Shown: positions 9,382 through 20,822 of the stretch, in pieces
Numbering within the stretch: the first letter of the stretch is position 1
Layout of the letters: each line of letters opens with the position of its first letter
Source of the DNA: Diplonema japonicum
Lineage: Eukaryota > Protista > Euglenozoa: Diplonemea
DNA length: 64,000 nucleotides
Direction: 5' to 3'
Assembly: GCA_964019335.1 (NCBI GenBank)
Contig: OZ025758.1
Location: 1-64,000 of the forward strand
The notes under the pieces: generated by a model
What the model saw: the letters and a program-made list of their open reading frames with translations, nothing else
The model's database searches: none
What the model was told of the DNA's origin: nothing
Program-made: the position numbers and the translations under genes

Positions 9382-12300
9382 TCAACTGCTGATCTTCTCG
9401 CACTTTGCAGGGTCGTCACATGTGGGCAGGCACCTGGCCCACCACTGGCTCTCTTTGTAGCACGACAGTCCAGCCTGGCAGCAGTTGGGGGTCGCAAGGC
9501 ATCCTCCCCATTGGGCGATCGCACTGGCACAACCAGGAGGAATCTCAGCAGGCTTGGTTGTGGGAACAGGAGTCGGGACAGGGGTCGGAAGCTTGTTGTC
9601 ACCCACCTCCTTCTTATTATTACCATCCTTGCATCCCCTGGAAGGGCTGATGGCCCCAGAGACAGTCTTCGACCAGGCCCCGTTGTGGTCACGGAGGGCG
9701 ACCCAGAAGAAGGCTCCCCCGTTGCAGGCGTACTCCTTCTTCAGGTCGTTCATCACGCTCACAGCCTGCTGCGCGTTGCTGTTCGACGAGGTCGCCCCGC
9801 AGTCGCCGATGCAGAAGCCGAAGACCACCTTCGTCGGGTCGTTCCCGAAGCAGTCCGTCACGAGGGTCTTGTAGTGTGCCAGGGCGGAGGAGAAGACTCC
9901 CCCGTTGATCCCGTCCGTGTTGGGGCGGGTGATCCCGTTGTAGTACTGAGGCATGATGAAGTCCAGGGACCCCGCCACCTCCTTCACGAGGTTGTGGTAG
10001 GCGGTCCCCTTCGCGAGGTCGATGTCCATCGGAGAGTGCGTCACGAGGCTGCCGCTGGGAAGCTTGTCCTTCAACCCGAGGGTCAACCCCTTCAGGAAGG
10101 CCTGCGCCTGTGTCCCCTTCGCGAAGGAGGACCCCCTCTGCCCGTCCTCGTAGTAGTACTCGTAGTCGATGTTCACCCCGTCGAAGTTTTGGCTCTTCGC
10201 GATGTCTGCCAGCTGCTTCACCACAGCCTCCTCCTTCCCGTAGCAGTTCTCCCAGCAGGTGTCCCGCCCGTCCCAAGAGCCTCCCATCCCGGCCCCGCCG
10301 AAAGACAGCATCACCTTCTTCCCGGCTGCCCTCCACTTCGCCACGAGCTCGGGGTGCGGGGCGTTCCCGCACACGGCGACGGGACCGGAAGCGATCTTGC
10401 ACTGCTCGTTGCACTCGTTCTCCCTGGGGGTCCACGTGTAGGTCACCGCGAAGGACACGAAGATGTGTGTGTAGGCCTCCATCTGCGCGTCAGTGGGGCA
10501 GGCCTGCCAGTTCCCAACGTAGGCGACGAGCCTGCTGTCGTCCGATGCGGTCGCGACAACGGGCGCAGGAACCACGACGACGGGGGGTTTCCAACCGTCC
10601 CCGCTGCTGCATCCTTTCGTGGGGGTGATGGCCCCAGCCGAGACGGCCTTCGACCAGGCCCCGTTGGTGTCGTCGTGCGCGACCCAGAAGAAGGCTCCCC
10701 CGTTGCAGGCGTACTCCTTCTTCAGGTCGTTCATCACGCTCACAGCCTGCTGCGCGTTGCTGTTCGACGAGGTCCCCCCGCAGCTGTTGATGCAGAAGCC
10801 GAAGACCACCCTCGTCGGGTCGTTCCCGAAGCAGTCCGTCACGAGGGTCTTGTAGTGTGCCAGGGCGGAGGAGAAGACCCCGCCGTTGATCCCGTCCGTG
10901 TTGGGGCGGGTGATCCCGTTGTAGTATTGAGGCATGATGAAGTCCAGGGACCCCGCCACCTCCTTCACGAGGTTGTGGTAGGCGGTCCCCTTCGCGAGGT
11001 CGATGTCCATCGGAGAGTGCGTCACGAGGCTGCCGCTGGGAAGCTTCTCCCTCAACCCGAGGGTCAACCCCTTCAGGAAGGCCTGCGCCTGTGCCCCCTT
11101 CGCGAAGGAGGACCCCCTCTGCCCGTCCTCGTAGTAGTACAGGTAGTCCATGTTCACCCCGTCGAAGTTTTGGTTCTTCGCGATGTCTGCCAGCTGCGTC
11201 GCCAGGTGGTCCTCCTTCCCGTAGCAGTTCTCCCAGCAGGTGTTCAACCCGTCCCAAGAGCCTCCCATCCCGGCCCCGCCCACCGACAGGATCACCTTCT
11301 TCCCGGCTGCCCTCCACTTCGCCACGAGGGCAGAGTGCGGGGCGTTCCCGCACACGGAGACGGGGGTCGCGAGGATGTCGCACTGCTGGTTGCACGTGTT
11401 CTTTGTGGGGGCGTACGAGTAGGTCACCGCGAAGGACACGACCACGTGTGTGTAGGCCTCCATCTGCGCGTCCGTGGGGCAGGCCTTCCAGTTCGCGACG
11501 TAGGCGATCATCCTGCTGTCCTCTCTGGTGAGGGTCGCGGGAGGAGGGGTGGGCACAGGGGTCGGGACAGGGGTCGTCTCGTCCACCACCGTGATGGTCT
11601 GCGTCTTGCTGTTGCTCGGCGGGTAGTTTCCGGAAGAGCACTCCGCTTTCTTGAAGAAGGGGGTGATGGTCCAGGTTCGGGTGATGGTCCACTCCTTCCC
11701 GTCCTTCCCCTCCACGGGAACCGGGTCGCTGTCCGCGAAGAAGATGTCGAACTCGTTGTCGCAAGGGGTGATCCCCTCCGCCACCCCGAGCACCGTCGGG
11801 TCCGTCTCCTGCTCCGTGTTCACGCGGGCGTCGGCGGGGAAGGAGGTGGTCGAGAAGGTTGGTGGGGCCGGGGTGATCGTGATGATCTGCTTCACCTCGT
11901 CAGAGACCCCCCCGCACACGGGGCTGTCGAACAGCTGCCAGGTCACCTCCATGAAGGTCGATCCGCAGACCCTGTTCGCGAAGCCCGTCGCAGGAAGCAC
12001 CTTCTCCCTCACCATCCGCACCTCCTGCCCCGAGGTGCACGCGGGGTCGACCGACAAGGGCAGCGGCTTCAGGTTCTCCAGGTTCAGCGGTTGGTCGCAT
12101 CGGAAGGTGTACGAGGTCGCGCTCCCGAGGACGGGGCGCCTCCGCAGCACCACCCCGGCCTCGCTGCTGATGTCGCTGGTCAGAAGCGCCTGCTTCTCCA
12201 GAGCCTTGTCCGCCATCGCCGTCACCATCCTGTTCTGCGTGTTCTCCACGCTCGCCTCGTAGCTTGCCTGGCTGCTGAAGTCGAAGGGCATGTTCTCCAG

Positions 12301-15300
12301 TTTCACCGCCTCCTCCGAGCCCGACAACCCCCCGCCGGATCCCTTCCCTCCGTACTGCTGCACCCCGCCCGAGAAGCCCCCGGACGCCGCCGCTGCGTTC
12401 GACCCGAACGGCACCTTCACAACCGTCGTCTCCAAGGAAGGCATCGGGATCTCCATCCCGGTGTCGATGCTCTGCAGCCCCGGGTTCTCCTCCATCGACC
12501 CGTCGATGATCGCGCGCTTCTGGTCCATCTGCTCCGACTTCTGCTTCACCTCCGCCGCCGCCAGCGCCACCTCCTCCATGCAGCCGGGCTCCGGGTACTT
12601 CGGACCGTACTTCGTGCTGCAGCTCTTCCCGAAGGCGCAGAACACATAGCACCAGCACTCCCGCCACGTGTGCTGCACGTACTTGCACCCGTACTGGTTC
12701 CTGCCCCCCGCGTCCACCACCCTCCTCCCCTCCCTCCGGAAGATTCCGAAGGCGCTCCCGAATGCCTCCGCCGCTCCCTTGAAGTCCCCCTTGAAGAGCT
12801 TCTCCCCCGCGTTGATGAGCCCCCCGAGAACCGGAACCTTCTTCAGCGCGGAGTACACGTTTCGGAAAAACTTCCCCACGTCCTTGAAGAACCCGACCAC
12901 CTTGTCCTTGATGTAGCTCAGCGCCTTGTTGAAGATGTTCTTGATCCCCTCCCACAGCTGCGTCACCTTCTTCTCCACGAAGTTCCAGGCCTTCTTCGCC
13001 ACGTTCGCGATCGCCTTCACCGCCTTGTTCAACCCCTCCACGATCTTCTTCCCGACCCCTCCCAGGGACACCGACACCGAGATGTCGAACTCCGAGTCCT
13101 CGAATTTCGACGCCACCACCGCGTGCCCGCTCACCGTCGTCTCCACCAGCGCCAAATCAAGCGTCACCGCGAAGTCGATCTCGTTCCCTCGGATCTCCAC
13201 CTTCGCCGCGAGGTTGATGAACAGGACCTGGATCTTGCACTGGAAGATGGCGTAGGAGACGGGGGCCCGCGTGTCGTACATGAAGAGCACCTGTTTGATC
13301 TTCACGATCTCCAAAAAGTTCATGTCCCGCAGCTCCATCCTGAAGTAGCTGAGGTCCCAGTTCCAGGTCACGCTCACGTGCGAGGACAGCGCCCCGTCGA
13401 AGAGGTCGATCCCCGCAGAGAAGGAGAAGACGTCCGAGTCCAGCTTCACGCTCATGTACCCGTAGGAGCGCAGCATCGGGATGTCGAAGGCTCCGTTGAT
13501 GTCGACCAGCGCGCTCGGCGACGGCGCCGTCTTCACGTCCACCAGGAACTTCGCCCCGCCCACCGCCACCTTGTTCTCGATCCGGTTCCCGATCCGCATC
13601 CGGAAGGCCCCGATCTTCAGGTCCACCGGGTCCATCCAGGCGTTGATGTAGAAGCGGGTCTTGCTCACCGCGAGGTCGATCGCGATCTCCCAGCCGAGGA
13701 AGTTCAGCCGTCCCTGCAGGGCGACCCCGGCGGGGATCACCACCTCCCCGCTCCGGAACTTCAACCGCTGCTCCTTGATCGGGCTGAAGGAGAAGAAGGC
13801 GAAGCACTCCAGGTCCAGCGTCGTCTCGTTCGCGTAGCCTGCCAGCTTCCCCGCGCACTTCGTCTTGTAGTCCTTGTCGAAGGGGTAGATCCCGGACTCC
13901 GCGAGCTTCCCGGGGATCGGCACCTTCTCCAGAGCGGGAACGTACTCCGACACGACGTCGATGATCCCGCCGATCGTGAGCTCCGACACCATCGCGATGA
14001 AGAAGTTGTCCTCGGGGACCGTCGCGCTCACCCCGACGTAGGTGCGCCCCTCGATGTAGGCCCCCGTCTTCGTCGTGCAGCTCGCCTCCTTTCCAAGACA
14101 CACCGCCCCGCCGAGGGTGAACCCGGACGGGAGCGGCGACTTCAAATCCCACTCCACCCCGAGAACGACGTCTCCGATGTGCAGGAAGGGGAGCTCCAGG
14201 GCGCGGTACCACCACCCGTCCAGGGTGAGCGTCCCCCGCATCAGCTGCGCCGTCGGGCTCACCACCAGAGACAGGTCTCCGATCAGGAACAGGAAGCGCC
14301 GGCTCGCGTAGCTCCCCGAGCACCGCTCCACGCAGAGCTTCAGAGGGAGGTTCACCCCGAGCTTCTGCAGGGGGAGCCCCCCGCTGAACACGTGCTCGAA
14401 CGAGACGTACACGCTCATCCCGAGTGTCCCCGCCACGTTCACCACCGCGAAGTTGCTCTCCGACGTGTCCGGATCCGTCCCGATCCGAAGCTCCAGCACC
14501 GCCGACCCAGAGAACTGCAGCTCCGCGCTAGCCGACACCCGGAAGTTTGACGTCAGGTCCTTCACCACCTCCAAGAACCCTCCCTCCAGCACATCCGGCA
14601 GCTTCGGTGACCCCACCGCGTACAGCTTCGCCCCCGTGCTCGTCATCGCGAGCGCGAGCTTCGTGTCCTTGATCCCGAACGACAGCACCGGCGACATCAC
14701 CGTGTCCAGGGCCTTCGCCACCTTCCGGTCGAAGTTGCTCGTCACCAGGTAGGCCACGTTCGCCACCGTCAGCTCGTCCACCCAAACGCTCGCCTCCACC
14801 CCGTTGCACGTCGGCGCCTGTCCGATCCTCCCCGTCCCGGAGAGGGTCGTTGTCGAGGTCGGGTTCGCGCAGTCTCCGAGGCAGAAGGGCATCGACACCT
14901 CTCCCTTTTGAACGATCGGTTTCACAAGCTTCACGAAGTCCTCGAGGTCTGATGCTGTGTCCAAAAGCTCCCTCGTGCTGTGGTGGGGGTTTGTGTTGTT
15001 CATGGTGTTGATGCTCCTGTTGTTGTTGTAGTTAGATGACGATGATGTGTCCACGCTTGCAGTCGAGGCATCCATGGGGCACGCAGAGCTGTCAAAGGCC
15101 AAGCTGGCACCCTCGTTCGTGTCCTCCAGTGTCGCTGCCATCCCCAAGCTGAACCCCATCCCGTCCCACTTGTTCCCTCGCGCGTCTGTGAAGGCCTTCT
15201 TCTTCTGCTCCAACCAACTCTTCGGGAGTTTCGGAATCTCCCTCTTCAGGGTGGTCACCAACCCGTCCATCGCCAGGTCGATCTCCCTGAGGGCCGCGAC

Positions 15301-16431
15301 GTTCTTCTTCGAAAAGATGTGCTTCCCCCACGACTTCAGGGTCAGCCCGAAGCCTCCGAACAGCACGTTTTCCCACCAAACCTTCGCGGACGCCACCTCG
15401 AAGCACCTCCAGTGAGGGTGCGTGAAGACGATCGTGACCCCGTCAATGAGCGTCGCCGCCCGCACGATTTCGGGGAAGTCGATCCCGACCTCGAAGGCGA
15501 ACCCGCTGAAGGCCCCTGAGCTCGCGAACCACTCCACCGACAGCGACACCTCGAACAGCGTGTTCTGGAAGAAACCCTTCCTCTCCTTCGGGTCCGCCGT
15601 CCCCAGCAAGCTTTCCCTGTCCGCCTCAGCCTGGTCCCTGGTCCTCTTCGGCCTCGTCCTCCCCCTCAACAGCTCCCCCTCCCTCCTCTCAACAACAGAC
15701 AGAACATCTCTCCCGTGCGACAGGACCTCCCCCCCACGGCCAACAGCGGTCTCCTTCACGCACACCCCGTTCTGACACTCCTCGTCCATCCCGCAGTCGT
15801 TGTCGCTGGTGCACCCGTCAACCTCAACCGCTCGGGGGCTCAACACCTTCATCTCTGTACCAGGCTCGGGTGTTGGGACAGGTGTCGGGACGGGAGTGGG
15901 AACAGGAGTAGGAACAGGAGTGGGAATGGGTGTCGGGACAGGAGTTGGAACAGGGGTAGGAACAGGTGTAGGAACAGGGGTGGGGATAGGAGTGGGAACA
16001 GGAGTAGGAATAGGTGTTGGGACAGGAGTGGGAACAGGAGTAGGGATCGGAGTAGGAACAGGGGTGGGGACAGGAGTAGGGACAGGAGTGGGAAGGGGAG
16101 TTGGGACAACAGGAGACGGGGTCGGGGTTTCGTAGTTGATACCCGCACCCCATCCAAGGCCGAGTCCCGTGAACCCCTTCGCCGTCCCACCAGGGACATC
16201 CTCGAACCCGAAGCTCCACCCGAGTCCCACAGACGGGGTAAACTTGAAGTTCCCTACCTTCAAGCCATCGTACGCGACCCCGAAGCCGATCGTCACCGTG
16301 AAGAGCGGGCACCCGAAGTTCGCGTTGCTGCAGAGGTACTTGCTCGAACCGCTATCCGAACAGCAGCCCGCCAAGGGCTTCGCCATCCTCCGCTTCTCCC
16401 GGATCTGCTGTGCCTCGAGGAGCATCGCCGA

Positions 16432-16465
<34 letters not shown>

Positions 16466-16875
16466 GCCGTCGACGAGTTGCACTGCCCGGAGAAGGTACG
16501 GAGGTAGGGCTTCAGACCCTTCACAAGGTCGGGGATGTCGTCCAGGAAGGTGTCTACGTTGCCCCCGCTAAAGAACTCCATCAACCCGTCTGCAGCTTCC
16601 ACCGCCTTGTCCTTCAAACTATTCAGCTGGTCCAGGTTCCCTGTCATGGTCTCGATCGCCTCCTGCACCCCAAGGGCCTCCAGCACTTCGTCCGCCCTGT
16701 CCATGAGTGCGTCCGCCACCACCCCCCTGAAAGCGTCCACCGTGTCTGCCAGAGACGAGGCCAGCGACGTCACCGTCAGCGGCTTAGAGGTCGAAGTCGT
16801 AGCTGGTGCTGTGTCCTGTGCCCCCGCCAGGAGCACAACGACCCCCAACGCCAGAAGCGTCCTCAAGCTTCCCAT
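9382..16875 (-). CDS. Giant secreted protein: signal peptide, PT-repeat, beta-rich region, amphipathic helices, HYR-like segment, two GH18 chitinase domains, C-terminal CBM1-like module
   Basis: 2497-aa ORF; [36 protein letters not shown] and [26 protein letters not shown] (GH18 x2); QWGGC...[18 protein letters not shown] (CBM1-like). Confidence 0.9.
15862..16105 (-). repeat. 12-bp coding repeat encoding (P-V/I-P-T)n linker
   Basis: Repeated acaggagtgggaacagg-type units inside the chitinase ORF. Confidence 0.9.
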
Positions 16876-16946
16876 CTGTAGATAATAATACGGGGCGGTT
16901 GCTTTTTCTTTTCTCTTTTTTTCTCCTCTTTTTTTTTGTGTGTATA

Positions 16947-18378
16947 AGAAACCTGTGTTTGTGTGTGTGTGTGTTGTTCTTGAATCACATAAAAGTATGC
17001 AATATAATGGAAAAAAAAAGAAGGAGAGGGAAAAGCAGCGATCGCTTAAGTTCTTAGAAAACAGGAAAAAAAATATTGGGCTGTTATATTCTTCTCGAAG
17101 TTATCGACGAAGAAAAATTTAAAAGAAATTAAAAAAAAAAGGGGGGAAAGAGGGTAGTGTTGAAAGTAATTGCAACAGAGGAGCCACCTCCCCCCAAACA
17201 CACACCCTCCTTCATGGATCAGTACCCTCGAAAGAGCCACATGAAGGGGTGTGTGTGTGTTTTTGGGAAAAGGGACAATAATCTGGCAGAAAGCAACAAA
17301 TCGAGAGAGGAGAGAAAGAAAAGAAAAAGAATTAATTCATTTTGCGATGGGCGAGTGTTAGCAACAAAGCCGCATCTAAAGAAAAAGAAAGGAGGGGAAA
17401 TATATAGGAGAGACTGGGGGTCCCTGATCCGGGAATCCCTCATCCTTCCCCCACCTTTATTTCTTTTTTTTAAAAAAAAAAAAAAGGAGAAAACTTGAAG
17501 ATTTTCAAAACAAAAACAAAAACAAACACCAACAAAAAAAAAAAACACCGTCCCTTTTTGAGACACACAGGACAGGAGGTGTTTGCTATCATGGTTAAAA
17601 AAATAGAGAGAGAGGGGGGTCTCTTTTTTATTCTCTATATTTTTTGTCTTTTTTCTTATTCATTCACTCTCTTCTCTCCCTCCTCTCAATTCTCCTGGGG
17701 AGCTCCGCGGTTGTTGCGAACATGATCCTCCCGCAGAGGGCGAGGCAGTCCCTCCCGTTGCACTCCGGGTGGCAGCCATCGTGCGCGACGTCGAAGCACT
17801 CCTCGTCCGCCCCGCAGGTGGTGGGGTGGATCCCGCCACAGGCCTGCCCGGTTGTCTTCGCGCACACCCCGAGGCAGTCCGCACCCCCGCAGTCAGGGCT
17901 GCACTCCTTCCTGTACATGCAGGTCTCCCCGGTCCCGCACTGCAGCCCCGCAAAGCCCCCGCACTCCTTCTCCACCTTCACCTCGAAGCAGTTCCCGAGG
18001 CAGTCCCTCCCGTTGCACCCTGCGTTGCACCCGTCAGCCACAGTGTCCACACACATCTCCTCTCCCCTGCACTTCAGCCTAGCGATCCCCCCGCACTCTC
18101 CGTACTTCCTCCTCGCACAGATCCCCCCGCAGTCCGCTCCCACCCCGCACTCCTTCACACACCCCGTGTTCCGAGGGTCCGGGATGCACTCCAACCCAGA
18201 GGGGCAGCCAAGGCCTGCGATCCCCCCGCACTGAATCGGCTCCGCTGCTCCAACCACAGCCACCACAGCCATCATCACAGACAACAAAGCAAGAGGGGAG
18301 CTCATTTTTGTGGGGGTTTTTTGGTCTTTTGTCTTTTTGTTGTTAAAAAGTAACCTTTTGGTGTGTATTGTGTGAGTG
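16947..18378. repeat. Segmental duplication copy 2
   Basis: Matches 6748-8200 with scattered substitutions and homopolymer length differences. Confidence 0.95.
17664..18305 (-). CDS. Small secreted Cys-rich repeat protein, copy 2
   Basis: Same protein as 7485-8126 except K>R (CAKRK/CARRK) and G>R (GIAGLKC/GIARLKC). Confidence 0.85.
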   Translation of the reverse strand: MSSPLALLSVMMAVVAVVGAAEPIQCGGIAGLGCPSGLECIPDPRNTGCVKECGVGADCGGICARRKYGECGGIARLKCRGEEMCVDTVADGCNAGCNGRDCLGNCFEVKVEKECGGFAGLQCGTGETCMYRKECSPDCGGADCLGVCAKTTGQACGGIHPTTCGADEECFDVAHDGCHPECNGRDCLALCGRIMFATTAELPRRIERRERRE

Positions 18379-18486
18379 TGTGTGTGGGGTGCTTCTGCTC
18401 CCATGTTAGTAAAGTGGTAAGTTTGGGAAAGCAGCCAGAATCCAGAATGAGGGTGTAAACCAACACTCCTTTTGTCTTCCTTTCAT

Positions 18487-19127
18487 CTTCACATCTCAGA
18501 GAGGACAAGTCACGGTGCACTCCGCAAAGGGGGTCATCGGAGGCCGTGTGCAAAACTCTGTTGGAAAAGATAACCACCCCATGGGGAGGGAGGGAGGTAG
18601 AGACGGATCAGCGTTGGTGAAGTGATTGTGTGTTTGGAAATCATCAAACAGAAGTCAGAGTGGTGCATGACGTGCTTTGTGCATCATGGAAAGTGTTTCC
18701 CAGTGGTAAGTGTTTATCACAAGAAAAAAGCTTTTCAAACCGAGAAACTCAGAATCTCAGAGTGATTGTGCAAAACCCCATCATCGGAAATCACCCCGCC
18801 TTTTGCCTTCCTTTCATCTTCACATCTCAGAGAGGACAAGTCACGGTGCACTCCGCAAAGGGGGTCATCGGAGGCCGTGTGCAAAACTCTGTTTTTATTC
18901 GGAAAAATAAGTGTGGACAACAGGCTGATGTGTATGCTGTGTGTGCTTCTCCCCGTCAGCGGTAAGTTCACTCTGCCGCATGGGAAAGCAGCCAGAATCC
19001 AGAATGAGGCCAGAATCCAGAATGAGGGTGTAGGCCAGGTGCCTTTTGTTTAAACTTCACATCTCAGAGAGGACAAGTCACGGTGCACTCCGCAAAGGGG
19101 GTCATCGGAGGCCGTGTGCAAAACTCT
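18487..19127. repeat. Three identical 73-bp modules (18487-18559, 18818-18890, 19055-19127) interspersed with a second module also found at ~8254-8366
   Basis: cttcacatctcagagaggacaagtcacggtgcactccgcaaagggggtcatcggaggccgtgtgcaaaactct present three times; partial copy at ~8202-8230. Confidence 0.9.
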
Positions 19128-19343
19128 TTCGTCAGGAAATACAGGCAATTGGTGAAGACACTCAGATTCATGACGCCCTGGGGACAGGGGAAGAAGGAAA
19201 AAAAAAAATAAACAACTGCTCGAAAAAAAAAAAAGAGGGGGTAAAACACGGAATAACAAAACTTTGATAATGTATGATAAAGGGGACGAAGTAGGGAAGG
19301 GAAGGGGTGTGCTAGGTGGTGGGTAATTGTCCTCTTCCCCCCC

Positions 19344-19819
19344 TCATTCCCTTGCGACCTTCGTGAGTCTGATTTTGATTTTTTTCCCTTGGGCGGATTT
19401 TTGCGAGGATTTTTGGATTTTCCCGACGACGCGGGAGGTGGTCGTCTTCGCTGCCTTTCTCAGGGCACTGCCTCCGAGCTTCTGGGGTGCGGCAGGAGTG
19501 CTGCTGGCTGGCTCGTCCATTTCCATATCGGTTGCACGAGGCTCAGCTTCCTTCCTCGTGTGGTCAGGAATGGGGTACTTCTGCACCACGTATTCACCCG
19601 CTACAGCCTTGGGCTTCTCTACCTTCACCGCCCCTGGCATCAGAGAGTTGTGCAGTTCCTCCAATCTTGCGTCGACAGCCGGTTTGATCTGAAGGGGGGG
19701 GGGGGGGGGGGGAGAATACTTTTTTTGTTCGGGGAGGGGGGGAGGGGGATTAATCATACTCGCGCATTGAACTCTCTCTTGTGGAACTGCTTGATTTTTG
19801 ATCTCTTTCCCTTTGCCAT
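19344..19819 (-). CDS. DUF2423/LLP-like small basic nucleolar protein; two exons, intron 19689-19759
   Basis: Spliced product MAKGKRSKIKQFHKREFNAR|IKPAVDARLEELH..., basic C-terminus; resembles the MAKSxRS...PxxDARxxxL pattern of DUF2423. Confidence 0.65.
19689..19759 (-). other. 71-nt GT-AG intron
   Basis: CGA|GTATGA...CCCTTCAG|ATC; removal restores frame. Confidence 0.8.
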
Positions 19820-20178
19820 TTTTTTTTTCTCTTTCTTTCTTTTCCCCTTCTTTTTTTGTGTGTGTGTGTGTGTGTGGACAATACCCCCTTTTTTGTGTGT
19901 GCGTGTGTGTGTGTTTTTTTTTTTTTGTTCCAATAAATAAACCTTAAAAAAAAAAAAACAAAAGAGCGTGACTAACCAAATAGCACAAGCTTCATATTTC
20001 TTTTTTCCCCCATAAAAGGTTTTTTTTTTGTGTGTCATTATAAATTTCCGTTTTCAGTTGTCGTTGTTAATCAATTTACAACAACAATAAAAAACGGGGG
20101 AGGGGGAAGAGAGAAAAAAGAGGGGGGGGGGGAAATAGGGAGGGTGTGTTATCTCCTTCTTTTTCCCCCTCTTGTTCC

Positions 20179-20577
20179 TCACGCTCGTTTCTTTCTGCCC
20201 GGGGAAGATTTCCCAGGGCTGGAAGAAGGATTATCGACTGGGGGGGAGCCAAGTCGGTTGCACCTCCAAGGGGACTGCGGGGGACCATCTTGGTCAGTGT
20301 GATGAAGGCCTGTCATGCCACATATAGCGGCCCAAGGTCTCCTGCAGGAGGCACACTCACTATCGAGGTATTTGTTTGTTTGGTACTCTCCTGCCTCGAC
20401 CCCTTGCACGTGTTCTATCCTCCCAGCCTGCGACAGTATTTCTGACAGCATTCTACTGTGTTCGTTGCCCAAGGCAACCTGGACCCTCTTTGCCTCCTCC
20501 TCCCTCAGAGCCTCTGCCATTTCCATCTCCTCCTGCTTTCTCAATTTCGCAGCCTTACTCATTCTCTGTTTCCCCAT
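20179..20577 (-). CDS. Hypothetical 132-aa protein with CxxC...CxxTGxxH zinc-binding motif
   Basis: MGKQRMSKAAKLRKQEE... after A-tract; CASCRRPWAAICGMTGLHH. Confidence 0.7.
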   Translation of the reverse strand: MGKQRMSKAAKLRKQEEMEMAEALREEEAKRVQVALGNEHSRMLSEILSQAGRIEHVQGVEAGEYQTNKYLDSECASCRRPWAAICGMTGLHHTDQDGPPQSPWRCNRLGSPPVDNPSSSPGKSSPGRKKRA

Positions 20578-20822
20578 TTTTTTTCTCCCCCCCTCTTCCT
20601 TCTTTTTTTTTTTTTTGGAGAGAACAAAAAGAGAGATAAATAAAAGCAATAACATTGTAGAAACTTGAAAGAAAAAAAAAAACAGTGGAACAATGGGGAT
20701 GGGAGAGAGAGAGAGAGAGAGAGAGAAAGGACAAAAAAAAATCTTTTTTTTTTGCACAATAAAAAAATAAAACAAGGATGACAACAAAAAAATATGGGGG
20801 AGGGTTAACACAAAAAAGAAAA

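Noticed and set aside
9352-14550. 1732-aa + strand ORF
   Set aside because: Antisense shadow of the GC3-rich chitinase gene; no domains, begins in a poly-T tract.
18487-19127. CRISPR-like interpretation of the three identical repeats
   Set aside because: Repeats are 73 bp, spacers are long, unequal and partly repetitive, no cas genes, eukaryotic context.
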